A DNA stretch of 64,000 bases. It comes from a virus (lineage: Duplodnaviria > Caudoviricetes). The position numbers were made by a program, and so were the translations under genes. The stretch covers positions 64,001 through 128,000 of the IMG/VR virus record IMGVR_UViG_3300031994_000025. One strand, written 5' to 3'. Numbering within the stretch: the stretch's first letter is position 1; the number at the start of each line of letters is the position of its first letter. Under the pieces are notes generated by a model that saw nothing but the letters and a program-made list of their open reading frames with translations, ran no database searches and was not told the origin of the DNA. Positions 17,190 to 26,509 of this stretch are shown in pieces.

Positions 17190-18203
17190 ATGGCCCTACC
17201 CTCAAAGACCAACGTACTCACTGCGCTGCCCGAAGTACCCCAGTCCTGGAGCGAGCTGTCATGGCAGCAGCTCTGCGGCTGCTGGCAGGCCAAGATGCGC
17301 TACGGCGGCAATGCCGACGTGGCACGCGCCGCCGCCCTGCTGGCCGTCTGCGGGCTGACCGTCGTGGGCCGCGAGCCTGCCGACGCCCGGACGGGCGAAA
17401 CCGTCTACCGCCTGAAGGACCAGGACGGACAGGCGTGGACGGCGACGGCACGCGAACTCGCACACCTCGCACGGCAGACGATGCCGTGGTACGACTATCC
17501 CTACGGCGACCGTGGTGACGAGGCGGTGAAGGACGAGAAGGGCAAGGTGATCCGCGAGGCCCGCGACCCGGTACACGGCTACGTCAACCCCGACTGGCGC
17601 GACGCCATGCGGCTGCCGGAAGAGAACATCACGGTTTGCAACATCACGTTTTCCCTCCCAGGCCTCGCCTGCAACAACCTTACGTGGGAGCAGTATCGCA
17701 GCATCCAGCCCCTCGTGCCCCTGCTGTGGCGCGAGGAAACGGGCGACGAGGAGCGTGCCCAGTTGCAGGCAGAGTTCGTGGCCCACTGCCTCGTGCCCGA
17801 GCAGCAGGCAGCACCAAACACCGCCCATCCCGACCGCTTCCAGCCCCCTCATGACTTCAAGTACGACGCGGCGCGTGCCGAGCAGTCGGTGGCCTTCTGG
17901 CGAGAGCAACTGCAGCAGCAGCCGTGGCTATATCATATCTGCTTCCAGGTGTATCAGACCGCCGTGCAGTACTACGAGACCGTCTATCCACTCCTCTTCA
18001 GCGGCGGCGGCAAGGACGACCCCCTGCGCGACGCCCTCACCGGCGAGGTGGGCACCATCAACGCCGTGATGAAGTACGCGCGCTACCGCAGCCAGCAGGA
18101 GGTCTATGCCTCCTTCCTCCCCTACATCCTCGACATCCTGAACACCATGACCAAGGAGGCCAAGGAAATCGAGAAAATGAACTCACGAATCAGGAAGAAA
18201 TAA
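17190..18203 (+). CDS. conserved Bacteroidota phage protein, function unknown
   Basis: 337-aa ORF, GC3-rich; N-terminal PQSWSELSWQQL motif. Confidence 0.7.
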   Translation: MALPSKTNVLTALPEVPQSWSELSWQQLCGCWQAKMRYGGNADVARAAALLAVCGLTVVGREPADARTGETVYRLKDQDGQAWTATARELAHLARQTMPWYDYPYGDRGDEAVKDEKGKVIREARDPVHGYVNPDWRDAMRLPEENITVCNITFSLPGLACNNLTWEQYRSIQPLVPLLWREETGDEERAQLQAEFVAHCLVPEQQAAPNTAHPDRFQPPHDFKYDAARAEQSVAFWREQLQQQPWLYHICFQVYQTAVQYYETVYPLLFSGGGKDDPLRDALTGEVGTINAVMKYARYRSQQEVYASFLPYILDILNTMTKEAKEIEKMNSRIRKK

Positions 18204-18241
18204 CAAGGAAGTTACATTATGAATCCCAAACGCAATACAAT

Positions 18242-19219
18242 ATGAAAATCCTATCAAGACCTAAGAAGAATGCCGAGGAGTACGGCAGATGGGCAGTGAA
18301 CCCGTATGTCGGGTGTAGCAACCAGTGTGAGTACTGCTATTTGCGGAAAGGCCCGTCTGGCAAATACCTCGGGCAAGACCACCCCGTGCTGAAGAAGGGT
18401 GTGGTGAATAAGGAACATGCCTATCACCTGGCGATGACCGAAATCATCGAGCACAAGGACGAGATCATCCGCGACGGCGGGTTGTTCTTCACCTTCACCA
18501 GCGACCCGTGTCTGCCGAATACGCGCAACCTGTCGCTGACCATCGCCCACGATGCAACCTACCAGATGCGCATCCCCGTGATGTTACTTACCAAGGATAC
18601 TACTTTTCTCAACCTCGATTCATTTACCGAGCAATTACTTGGATATGATAAAACAGAACAATGGAGCCGCAGTATTCCCTTCTATCATACAGGCCACGGA
18701 CGGCTCAGCTTCATCGATAACCCGCACTTTACCAGCGACCCCGACCCCATAGCATTCGGATTCACGTTGACGGGACACGACGAACTGGAATCCGGCGCCT
18801 CGCCCAACGCCAAGCGCATTGAGGCTATGAGCCGACTGTCTGCCGCAGGTTTCAAGACCTGGGCCAGCATCGAGCCGGTCATTGACTTCGACTCCAGCTT
18901 CCGCATGATACAGCAGGCGCTCGACGCGGGCTGCCGGCACTTCAAAATCGGACTGATGACCGAGCGCACAAAGGTATGTCGCAGTGGCTTCACGCTGGGC
19001 GGCAGGACATTCGAACCCTACGACCCCGCCCGCTGCCTGGCCTTCGTTCAGGACGTGATGCAGCAGACCCGCGACCGCGCTACGGTCTATTGGAAGCAGT
19101 CGTTCCGCGACTTTATAGGCGGCACCGACAAGCACCGCCTGTTCAGCGACGACGAGCTGCACAAGATCTTCGACGACTATCCCAATGCCGTCGGCAAGGA
19201 CTGGACGATGTTCAAGTGA
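18242..19219 (+). CDS. radical SAM protein (SplB/DUF5131-like)
   Basis: NPYVGCSNQCEYCY CxxxCxxC motif; FTSDP, LLTK and TWASIEP motifs. Confidence 0.85.
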   Translation: MKILSRPKKNAEEYGRWAVNPYVGCSNQCEYCYLRKGPSGKYLGQDHPVLKKGVVNKEHAYHLAMTEIIEHKDEIIRDGGLFFTFTSDPCLPNTRNLSLTIAHDATYQMRIPVMLLTKDTTFLNLDSFTEQLLGYDKTEQWSRSIPFYHTGHGRLSFIDNPHFTSDPDPIAFGFTLTGHDELESGASPNAKRIEAMSRLSAAGFKTWASIEPVIDFDSSFRMIQQALDAGCRHFKIGLMTERTKVCRSGFTLGGRTFEPYDPARCLAFVQDVMQQTRDRATVYWKQSFRDFIGGTDKHRLFSDDELHKIFDDYPNAVGKDWTMFK

Positions 19220-19256
19220 TTTTTAACGACCACGAATTTTACGAATTTAAAGCGAT

Positions 19257-19508
19257 ATGAAAAAACGAGAAGACATCGAACGACTGTTCAAGAACGATCC
19301 GTGGTATGCCTACAAGGAAGGGTATAACGACGGATGGGGCGAGACAGAGCAACGCATCTGGTACAACCTGCGCAATCACGCCGCCATCGCAGCCATGCAA
19401 GGACTGCTCTGTGCGCCCAGCTTCAGAGCCGACAGAGGTAGCATCGACATGCTGACATCCGACGCTGTTGAAATAGCCAACAGGCTTATTGAGAAACTAA
19501 AACAATAA
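19257..19508 (+). CDS. hypothetical phage protein
   Basis: LRNHAAIAAMQGLL...AVEIANRLIEKL is a common small phage protein pattern. Confidence 0.7.
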   Translation: MKKREDIERLFKNDPWYAYKEGYNDGWGETEQRIWYNLRNHAAIAAMQGLLCAPSFRADRGSIDMLTSDAVEIANRLIEKLKQ

Positions 19509-19514
19509 ACGACT

Positions 19515-19697
19515 ATGGTACATTTCGGAAAAACGCAGCCCGACGAACTGCAGATTATCGTCACTGGCCAGGACATCGAGTCGCTGCGCCGCATGATTGT
19601 TTCATCTTCGCTCATGGAACGTCGCAAGTTCTATAGACTGAAAGAGTATATCGAAACGGAGTTCAAGGGCATTATCATCAAACAGGCAAGCGTATGA
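19515..19697 (+). CDS. hypothetical protein
   Basis: 60-aa ORF with AAACGACTATG start motif. Confidence 0.55.
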   Translation: MVHFGKTQPDELQIIVTGQDIESLRRMIVSSSLMERRKFYRLKEYIETEFKGIIIKQASV

Positions 19698-20092
19698 AGA
19701 TTATAGACCGCGAGACATTCAAGCGGATGCCGAAAGGCACTGTGTTCTGCAAGTTCCCAAGGCTGAACAAGCAGACGAACAGCTACGACACCTACATGTT
19801 CGGAATGACCGACCCGATGATTCTCGACGGCCCGTGGGACGTAGACTTCTACTACACACAGCCTGGCTTCATGACTCCCGTCGAGAGCAGCGGCAGTTCA
19901 GAGGGCGACGAAATCATGATGGATATGGAACAACATCTGGGCAAGGAAGTTCCATTCGAGGCTTTCAGTTGTCGCGACGGCATGTACGAGGATAACGACG
20001 AGGTTGGCTTTGCCATCTATTCGCGTCATGAGGTGCAGCAGATGATTGATCTGCTGCAGCAAGCCCTCAAAGACGGCTATCCGGAGGAGTGA
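19694..20092 (+). CDS. hypothetical phage protein
   Basis: 132-aa ORF with ATGA overlap. Confidence 0.7.
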   Translation: MKIIDRETFKRMPKGTVFCKFPRLNKQTNSYDTYMFGMTDPMILDGPWDVDFYYTQPGFMTPVESSGSSEGDEIMMDMEQHLGKEVPFEAFSCRDGMYEDNDEVGFAIYSRHEVQQMIDLLQQALKDGYPEE

Positions 20093-20129
20093 AACAATAA
20101 TTACTGATAATTCTTTCAAGACAAAAGTT

Positions 20130-20396
20130 ATGGACAGACTGCCAGAGTGGATGTTCTTCAACGGCACCACTTACTATTTGCACTATCTACCGTGTACTCA
20201 GACGTTAAACGACTGGCACGGCTATTTCTATTCAGCATCGAAAGAAGGTAGTGATATTATACCGCCTTATGTAACAGACGGAAAGTCCTCTTATTATCTC
20301 ATATCATGTGACCCTGTGAAGGAACAGGCTTACGATGATTTGTTAGACAGAGTAAACAGAATGAAACCATGGCTTATCAAACAGACAGAACAATGA
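20130..20396 (+). CDS. hypothetical protein
   Basis: AT-richer ORF that tiles the operon; start uncertain. Confidence 0.55.
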   Translation: MDRLPEWMFFNGTTYYLHYLPCTQTLNDWHGYFYSASKEGSDIIPPYVTDGKSSYYLISCDPVKEQAYDDLLDRVNRMKPWLIKQTEQ

Positions 20397-20701
20397 CAGA
20401 CAAAAAGAGTGACCTCGGCAGTCTGCTAATACAGTTCGCCAAGGCAAATGGTCTGGAGTGGACAAAGAACGATACTGGCGTGGCCTGCCTGATGAACGGC
20501 GGTCAAACGCTAACGATATTCAACAAACCGACAATAATGGCCAGCCGCCCGCAACGAGGTATCATCTACGGAACTATATACTACCCGGATAGGAAATCCT
20601 ACCCGATACGCTTCGTGGACGATATTACAATCGCCTACCTACGCAAGAAAATAACAGAATCTTTACTCGGTCAAACTGCTGGGCAGATGGACGGAGGATG
20701 A
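20393..20701 (+). CDS. hypothetical protein
   Basis: ATGA overlap with the previous stop. Confidence 0.6.
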   Translation: MTDKKSDLGSLLIQFAKANGLEWTKNDTGVACLMNGGQTLTIFNKPTIMASRPQRGIIYGTIYYPDRKSYPIRFVDDITIAYLRKKITESLLGQTAGQMDGG

Positions 20702-20791
20702 CGAGGGCGTCACCTTCAGAGGAAAACCGATAGAGTGAATTTCAAGGGCGAAAGCCCGACCAGTTAATAACCCAATAAAACATTAACAACA

Positions 20792-21253
20792 ATGAGATTA
20801 AGAACAGCAACATGGTTTGAGTGCAAGATCCGTTACGAGAAGACAACGGAAGAAGGTTTGCAGAAGAAAGTGACAGAACAGTATGTCGTGGATGCCCTCA
20901 GTTTCAGCGAGGCCGAGAAGCGTATCATCGAGGAAATGTCCGCCTACATCAGCGGCGAGTTTGAGGTGACCGACGTAAAGAAGGCACAGTACAAGGAGGT
21001 GTTCTTCAGCGACGCGGCGAATGACGACCGCTACTACAAGGCCAAGCTCGCGTTCATCACCATCGATGAGCGCACGGAAAAGGAGAAGCGCAGCAACGTC
21101 ACCTACCTCGTGCAGGCCTCCACACTCGACGGTGCAGTCAAGAACATCAACGAGGTGATGGACGGCACGATGATAGACTACGAGAAGAGCAACATCGCCG
21201 AGACGAAGATTATCGACGTCTTCGAGTACAAGAAAGAGGACAGCGAAGAATAG
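20792..21253 (+). CDS. DUF4494 family protein
   Basis: TWFECKIRYEK...GLQKKVTEQYVVDALSFSEAE...ETKIIDVF. Confidence 0.85.
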   Translation: MRLRTATWFECKIRYEKTTEEGLQKKVTEQYVVDALSFSEAEKRIIEEMSAYISGEFEVTDVKKAQYKEVFFSDAANDDRYYKAKLAFITIDERTEKEKRSNVTYLVQASTLDGAVKNINEVMDGTMIDYEKSNIAETKIIDVFEYKKEDSEE

Positions 21254-21333
21254 AGAATGAGACACCGCCACTGACCCTCCCCTTGTATGGGAGGGCAGGA
21301 GTGGGGTCAGTAACTTGTAAAAATAAAAGCGTT

Positions 21334-21662
21334 ATGAATGAACAAGTAGACATTCTGAACCTGCTGAAGGACAAGTCGGGACTGCTGAAGTACATCCTCG
21401 ACATGATAGAATCGAGCGACAAGTTCGCGCGAAACCTGCCCGAACTGCGCCAACGCGGCTGGTCGGAGCAGGGAATGCTCGACAAGGTGCTGGAAATCTC
21501 AGCCATCCAGTCGCAGCAGATCAAACACTCGCACTGGTAGCCCTGCTGCTGGTGCAGTCGGACGACTTCAACTCAATGGTGGCAACACTGATGATCAAGA
21601 TGGGGCGCGGCGACGAAGCCCTCCGCGCCATGTTCGATGCCTTACTAAAAGGAAAGGGGTAA
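21334..21662 (+). pseudogene. hypothetical gene split by a 1-nt frameshift at ~21528
   Basis: ...SQQIKH continues as LALVALLLVQSDDF...LLKGKG* in the -1 frame to TAA at 21660-62, 3 nt before the next start. Confidence 0.6.
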
Positions 21663-21665
21663 GTA

Positions 21666-22181
21666 ATGAAACGACAGAAAGTTTATATCTCTGGCCCGAT
21701 GACTTCGAGCGACAGCGAGGAGCAGGTGCGGAACGTGCAGGCGTTTCACGACTGCGCCACGCTGCTGCGGGCCTCGGGCTGCCGACCCGTGAACCCGGCC
21801 AATGCCTGGCCCTGCAAGCACCCGCGCATCTACCGCCTGCTGGAGCGCGTACTGGGCAAAGAGCGTGCCTACCGCACGGTGCTCGTCTACGACCTCTGGC
21901 TGCTGTCCCGCTCGGACACCATCTGCATGATAGACAAATGGCAGGAGTCGAGGGGCGCGAAGATAGAGGAGAACTTTGCCTTCCGCCTGGGCATCGTCCG
22001 CTCGCACACCTACGACCAGAAGCAGCAAAAGCTCATGCCCTTTCTTCCTGGCAAGAAGAAGCGTAAATTAGACGAGCAGCAGCCCGTCAGCGAAGTCGCC
22101 GCTGCCTTCACCGCCCTCGGCAAGGCCATGAGCCGCATGGACGGCAGTAATAAAAAGAATGAACTCAAACGAAACAAATAG
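21666..22181 (+). CDS. DUF4406 (nucleoside deoxyribosyltransferase-like) protein
   Basis: KVYISGPMT...VNPA...WQESRGAKIE. Confidence 0.8.
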   Translation: MKRQKVYISGPMTSSDSEEQVRNVQAFHDCATLLRASGCRPVNPANAWPCKHPRIYRLLERVLGKERAYRTVLVYDLWLLSRSDTICMIDKWQESRGAKIEENFAFRLGIVRSHTYDQKQQKLMPFLPGKKKRKLDEQQPVSEVAAAFTALGKAMSRMDGSNKKNELKRNK

Positions 22182-22187
22182 CATTTT

Positions 22188-22610
22188 ATGGATCTTACAG
22201 GTACAATCATTCAAGTGATGCCCGCACAGTCTGGCGTCTCGCAGCGCAGCGGCAATCCGTGGATGTCACAGGAGTATGTAATGGAAATCCCCGGCCAGTG
22301 GCCGCGCCACATCGTCTTCCGTATCTTCGGCGAAGACCGCATCAAGCAGTTCAACATTCAGCAGGGCGAACAGAACGTCACCATACAGTTCGACATTGAC
22401 GCCCACGAGTACAACGGCCGTTGGTTTAATGAAGTCCGCTGCTACAACGTGCTCCGCTCCGTCGGGCAGCAGCCGTATCAGCAGCAGCCACCCAGCGGCT
22501 ATGCACCGAATGCCGCACCGTCCCAGACGGGCGCTGCCCCCTTTCCTCCGCAGGTAAACTCAAACGGTCAGCCAGCAGGACAGCCAGGCACCGACGACCT
22601 TCCGTTCTGA
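22188..22610 (+). CDS. DUF3127 single-stranded DNA-binding-like protein
   Basis: SGVSQRSGNPWMSQEYV...FDIDAHEYNGRWFNEVRC; Q/P-rich linker; DDLPF tail. Confidence 0.88.
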   Translation: MDLTGTIIQVMPAQSGVSQRSGNPWMSQEYVMEIPGQWPRHIVFRIFGEDRIKQFNIQQGEQNVTIQFDIDAHEYNGRWFNEVRCYNVLRSVGQQPYQQQPPSGYAPNAAPSQTGAAPFPPQVNSNGQPAGQPGTDDLPF

Positions 22611-22631
22611 CAACCAAACATTAAGAGCGAT

Positions 22632-22991
22632 ATGGCAAAGAAAACATCAACACCCGAAGAGCCAAAGCTCTTTGAAAAGTTCTGGAACGAATATGCAATG
22701 AAACTTGATCGCATTGCTGCCGTCAGAGCATGGAACAACCTCGACAAAGACTTGCGCCGAGCAGCTATAGACGGCATCCAGCACTACCGCGAGATTTGTG
22801 AGACTCTGGGCATCAGGAGAATGTGGCCACAAGGCTATCTGAACCACCGCAGGTGGGAGGATGAGGGAGAGGCTCTGGTTTCAAGTTTCAAGTTTCAAGT
22901 TTCAAGTAACGGTGCGCAGCCAACACCTGAAACCTGCAACCTGAAACCTGAAACTCGCGACAGCGACCTCCCCGACATGGCGATATGGTAA
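22632..22991 (+). CDS. phage replication-protein C-terminal-like domain protein
   Basis: FEKFWNEY...AVRAW...WPQGYLNHRRWEDE pattern; tail carries a heptamer insertion. Confidence 0.65.
   Translation: MAKKTSTPEEPKLFEKFWNEYAMKLDRIAAVRAWNNLDKDLRRAAIDGIQHYREICETLGIRRMWPQGYLNHRRWEDEGEALVSSFKFQVSSNGAQPTPETCNLKPETRDSDLPDMAIW
22878..22953. repeat. inverted heptamer arrays (GTTTCAA)x4 and (CCTGAAA)x4
   Basis: Read directly; the arms can pair with G-U wobble. Confidence 0.85.
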
Positions 22992-23011
22992 CACTCAACG
23001 AAAGTACAATT

Positions 23012-23503
23012 ATGGACACCCGACAGCAACATAATCCCTCTGCATCCACCGACGACTGGTACACGCCACGGTGGCTTATCGGCACACTCGGTCCCTTCGA
23101 CCTCGATCCCTGCGCCGCACCGGAGGACGTGCGCCCGTTCCCCACCGCCACGACCATGCTGACCCGACAGGACGACGGCCTCGCCCACGAGTGGCACGGC
23201 ACGGTATGGATGAACCCGCCCTACAGCCGCGCCCTGCTCCGCCAGTTCTGCGAGCGCATGGCACGCCACGGCGACGGCATCGCCCTGCTCGTCAACCGGC
23301 AGGACAACCTGCTCTGGCAGGAGGTCATCTTCCCCACCGCCGCGTCGATGATCTTCATGCGCCACCGCGTCCGCTTCATCCGACCCGACGGCACCACCGG
23401 CTCGCCCTTCTTCGGCTCCTGCCTCGTGGCCTGGGGCGCGACGTGCGACCGCCGCCTGCGCCAGTCGGGCATCGATGGCAAGTATGTGGTGCTGAATGTT
23501 TAA
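23012..23503 (+). CDS. phage DNA N6-adenine methyltransferase (Dam-like family)
   Basis: TDDWYTP, FDLDPCA, DGLAHEW, VWMNPPYS. Confidence 0.9.
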   Translation: MDTRQQHNPSASTDDWYTPRWLIGTLGPFDLDPCAAPEDVRPFPTATTMLTRQDDGLAHEWHGTVWMNPPYSRALLRQFCERMARHGDGIALLVNRQDNLLWQEVIFPTAASMIFMRHRVRFIRPDGTTGSPFFGSCLVAWGATCDRRLRQSGIDGKYVVLNV

Positions 23504-23522
23504 CAGAAAAAAAGAAAGCATT

Positions 23523-24143
23523 ATGAGCAAGACTGATTCACTACACTACAACCTCTGCGTGGAGGGAGCCAAGTGGATGCGCCGCCGTCAGGATGTCAGC
23601 CGCTGCCGAAAGGCGATGCGCCCATGCCATAAGCCCGGACTGTGCAGCGGCTGCCGGCTGACATTCAAGTATGTTGCCGTGGAGCTATGCACCTACGGTA
23701 CGGAGAACTGCGACGTGTGGGGCTACGACGGCTACGTGACAGGTGTCATCGAAGTAAAGACGAGCCACGCCGACTTTCTGGCCGACCAGAAGAAGTGGTG
23801 GCGCACGCAGGCTGATCCCGAAATGAGGGCGGGCAACCTGCGCTGGTATCTCTGCCCCACGGGCATCATCAGCCCCGACGAACTGCCCGAAGGCTGGGGG
23901 TTGCTCTACTGGGACGGCAAGCGCATCATCCCGCAGGTGGCTCCCGTGACCCATCTCGCCACGGGCCATGCCGACATGCAGATACTCTACTCAATACTGA
24001 GGCGCGAGGGATTCCCGCAGAAGATATTCAACTATCGCGGCCAGCCCTCCACCATCAAGCCCCGGACCATCAACGGCATACCCGAACGGGAATACCGCAA
24101 GATGCAAAGCAAGAAAGAACAAGACGAACAAACAAAAATTTAG
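23523..24143 (+). CDS. PD-(D/E)XK nuclease-like protein (MmcB-like)
   Basis: E...CDVWG...IEVKTSHADFLAD; ELPEGWGLL. Confidence 0.75.
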   Translation: MSKTDSLHYNLCVEGAKWMRRRQDVSRCRKAMRPCHKPGLCSGCRLTFKYVAVELCTYGTENCDVWGYDGYVTGVIEVKTSHADFLADQKKWWRTQADPEMRAGNLRWYLCPTGIISPDELPEGWGLLYWDGKRIIPQVAPVTHLATGHADMQILYSILRREGFPQKIFNYRGQPSTIKPRTINGIPEREYRKMQSKKEQDEQTKI

Positions 24144-24204
24144 AAACAATGACACAGAGAATCATCAATTACATGAGAAAACTTAAAATCTGGAGGGCTG
24201 ACCT

Positions 24205-24582
24205 ATGCTAATCGCCTTGTTTATCCTCATCGTGGTCACAATGGTTGCTGTAATAGCAAGCATCGTTGACAGCAAGCGTCCATCGGCAACTTCTCCAAAA
24301 CAAGAAGAGGTCGCAGAGGATAAGTCGTGTGACTTCTCAGGAACACTGTCAGACCGCAACGTGGCAGCGCTGAACTATATAAGGATGCGCGAAAGCCTTC
24401 GCAAGAACACCAATGACTTCAAGGACTTACCAGACGGTGCAATGAAACAATTCGACTACGTGGCAAGTCACTTGGCTACAATCGGGAACAAAGCCAAGCC
24501 AGAAGAGGTAATCCGAGGTAACGAGGACGGCCTGCCCGCCGGCTGGGGATTTGATAAGTCATCGAAGAAACAAGAAAATTAA
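24205..24582 (+). CDS. membrane-anchored hypothetical protein
   Basis: N-terminal hydrophobic helix. Confidence 0.6.
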   Translation: MLIALFILIVVTMVAVIASIVDSKRPSATSPKQEEVAEDKSCDFSGTLSDRNVAALNYIRMRESLRKNTNDFKDLPDGAMKQFDYVASHLATIGNKAKPEEVIRGNEDGLPAGWGFDKSSKKQEN

Positions 24583-24603
24583 ACAACGAAACCAAACGAA
24601 ACA

Positions 24604-24795
24604 ATGACACAGAAAATCATCTATTACTTAGTCCTGGCGCTGGTGCTCATAGCCGTGCCGATGGCCCTTGCCTGGCTGCTGCCAGTCCGTCTGACGGTGG
24701 GCATCCTCGCCGTTACCCAACTGCTCACGCTCATCATCGTGGGCGCAGTAATCCAAGACCTCAAACCCCGCAATCATGGCAAAGAAGAAAACTAA
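24604..24795 (+). CDS. small two-TM membrane protein
   Basis: Two hydrophobic helices in 63 aa. Confidence 0.65.
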   Translation: MTQKIIYYLVLALVLIAVPMALAWLLPVRLTVGILAVTQLLTLIIVGAVIQDLKPRNHGKEEN

Positions 24796-25255
24796 CCTCC
24801 AACCCTGGCTCGACTATTTCAAGATGCTGCAGCGGTACGAACAGAAAGGCTTCCTGGAGATAAAGCCGCAGGAGCACGAGGCATACGTGACCCGCGCCGC
24901 CCTGCTGACACTTGCCGGCATCGACGCTCAGGATGTTCAGTCTGCTGCGGTATCACCGCAGCCCGAAGCCCTCGCCGCCACCCTGTCCCGCCTCCGTGCC
25001 TACGCCGCCTACCGCTGGGCCCCTGCCGTCGGCCAGCAGCACCCCGCCGACATGAACGACCCCGATGCTGAGATACCCGTCATTCCCATCGAGGAGTTGA
25101 CCGCCTACTTCTCGCAGCCCTTCGCCACGCACATGGTCAAGGAAGACTACCCCCACGACCTGCTGCTCACGCTGCTGCTCCAGCAGAAGCGCGCTTGGTA
25201 CGGACGGCGCAAAGAGACCATCGAAGTCATCGACTATACACAAAAGAACAAATGA
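24776..25255 (+). CDS. hypothetical protein
   Basis: 159-aa ORF tiling the operon. Confidence 0.7.
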   Translation: MAKKKTNLQPWLDYFKMLQRYEQKGFLEIKPQEHEAYVTRAALLTLAGIDAQDVQSAAVSPQPEALAATLSRLRAYAAYRWAPAVGQQHPADMNDPDAEIPVIPIEELTAYFSQPFATHMVKEDYPHDLLLTLLLQQKRAWYGRRKETIEVIDYTQKNK

Positions 25256-25725
25256 CCAAGCCTAAGTTCACATTCGGCGACAAGATACGCCGCAAGGTCG
25301 GGGGCGAAGTGAAAACCATCCGAGACATCGACAGCCAGGCCTACCACTTCACGGACGGCACGTTCGCCCTGCGAGACGACGAGGACTGCTACGTCATGCA
25401 CGAGCAGCATAGCGGCTACTTCCTCGTGGACGGCAACCTCGACCGTGCTCCGATGGACCGCTACGTGGAGCACGGCTACGAGACCCGTGCCGACTTCCGC
25501 ACCGCCCTGCTCCGTCTCATCGACTGGTGGGGAGGACGGACTGGCCTGTACGTCGGTCACAGCCACGGTTTCCTTCGCCTGAAGTTTAAAGATATCCCCG
25601 GCGGCGGCGAGGAAGCATGGATCCCCCTGTATCTCGTCACCCCCGTCCCCATGCCCGACTACCTGAAGGAGCGCGAGCGCGACCCCATCGAGGAAGCCCT
25701 CGACCGCGCCTTCGGGTTCGAATGA
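25252..25725 (+). CDS. hypothetical protein
   Basis: ATGA overlap; last gene of the + operon. Confidence 0.7.
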   Translation: MTKPKFTFGDKIRRKVGGEVKTIRDIDSQAYHFTDGTFALRDDEDCYVMHEQHSGYFLVDGNLDRAPMDRYVEHGYETRADFRTALLRLIDWWGGRTGLYVGHSHGFLRLKFKDIPGGGEEAWIPLYLVTPVPMPDYLKERERDPIEEALDRAFGFE

Positions 25726-25793
25726 AGGCACGGCAATACTCGGTATCTATTGAAAATGCAGAATGTCACGGATTGCATTAAGCAATTCCGTAC

Positions 25794-26306
25794 CTACTCC
25801 ACCAAAAAAATACAAATTAAGCTCCCGAATAAGCTCAGCATACACATCACCTCAGCCACGAATACCCCCTTATGCTCCACAGTCTTGGCCATGCCCCCTT
25901 CCGGCTGTACGTACACGCTGCCCATGATGAAGAGAAACGCCGCCCATGCGAAGAGCCAGTCGGGGCAGAGCATCGCCACGCATACCTGACTCAGCACACC
26001 CGTAGCAATCCCGAGCCACTTGTGCCACATTCTTGTGTCAACATTTACCAAAGGCGTCAGCGCACTGCCAAACAAGCATGCCTCTGTCAGCCAGCCTACC
26101 CATCCGCATCTCTCAGTCAGAGGTGCAAAGAGTAACGCGCCAACAACGCACAGCCATGCGCTCCATATCCACTGCTTCCTATCGGGAAGCCAGTACACTA
26201 TATCGCTGATGCTCTCAGGCAACTCACGTCTTGTCAGCGTCATCAAGCCGATGAATAATACGGCAACAAGGATGAACAATCCTATCAGAAAGACACCCAT
26301 ATTCAC
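25794..26306 (-). CDS. multi-pass membrane protein (moron-like)
   Basis: About 5-6 hydrophobic segments; has its own host-type promoter. Confidence 0.75.
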   Translation of the reverse strand: MNMGVFLIGLFILVAVLFIGLMTLTRRELPESISDIVYWLPDRKQWIWSAWLCVVGALLFAPLTERCGWVGWLTEACLFGSALTPLVNVDTRMWHKWLGIATGVLSQVCVAMLCPDWLFAWAAFLFIMGSVYVQPEGGMAKTVEHKGVFVAEVMCMLSLFGSLICIFLVE

Positions 26307-26348
26307 ATTCGATTTATCAATGTTATCCTAAACAATCTTTTTACGCTA

Positions 26349-26380
26349 CAAAGATAAGCATTTATTTTGCTTTTACCAAA
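26349..26380 (-). promoter_or_regulatory. Bacteroidota primary-sigma promoter
   Basis: On -: TTTG (26380-26377), 20 nt, TATCTTTG (26356-26349). Confidence 0.75.
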
Positions 26381-26509
26381 ATTTTGTGCATAAATTTCAT
26401 AAATATGCAAACAAGTTCTTGGTTGTCAAAAATTCAAGGCACAAAAATTGCACTATACAGGTATGTGTCAGCTCATTTTCCGATTATATCACCTAAAAAA
26501 ATCACAACT

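Noticed and set aside
17924-18241. N-terminal extension of the radical SAM ORF
   Set aside because: It overlaps the upstream gene in another frame; the AT-rich leader supports the ATG at 18242.
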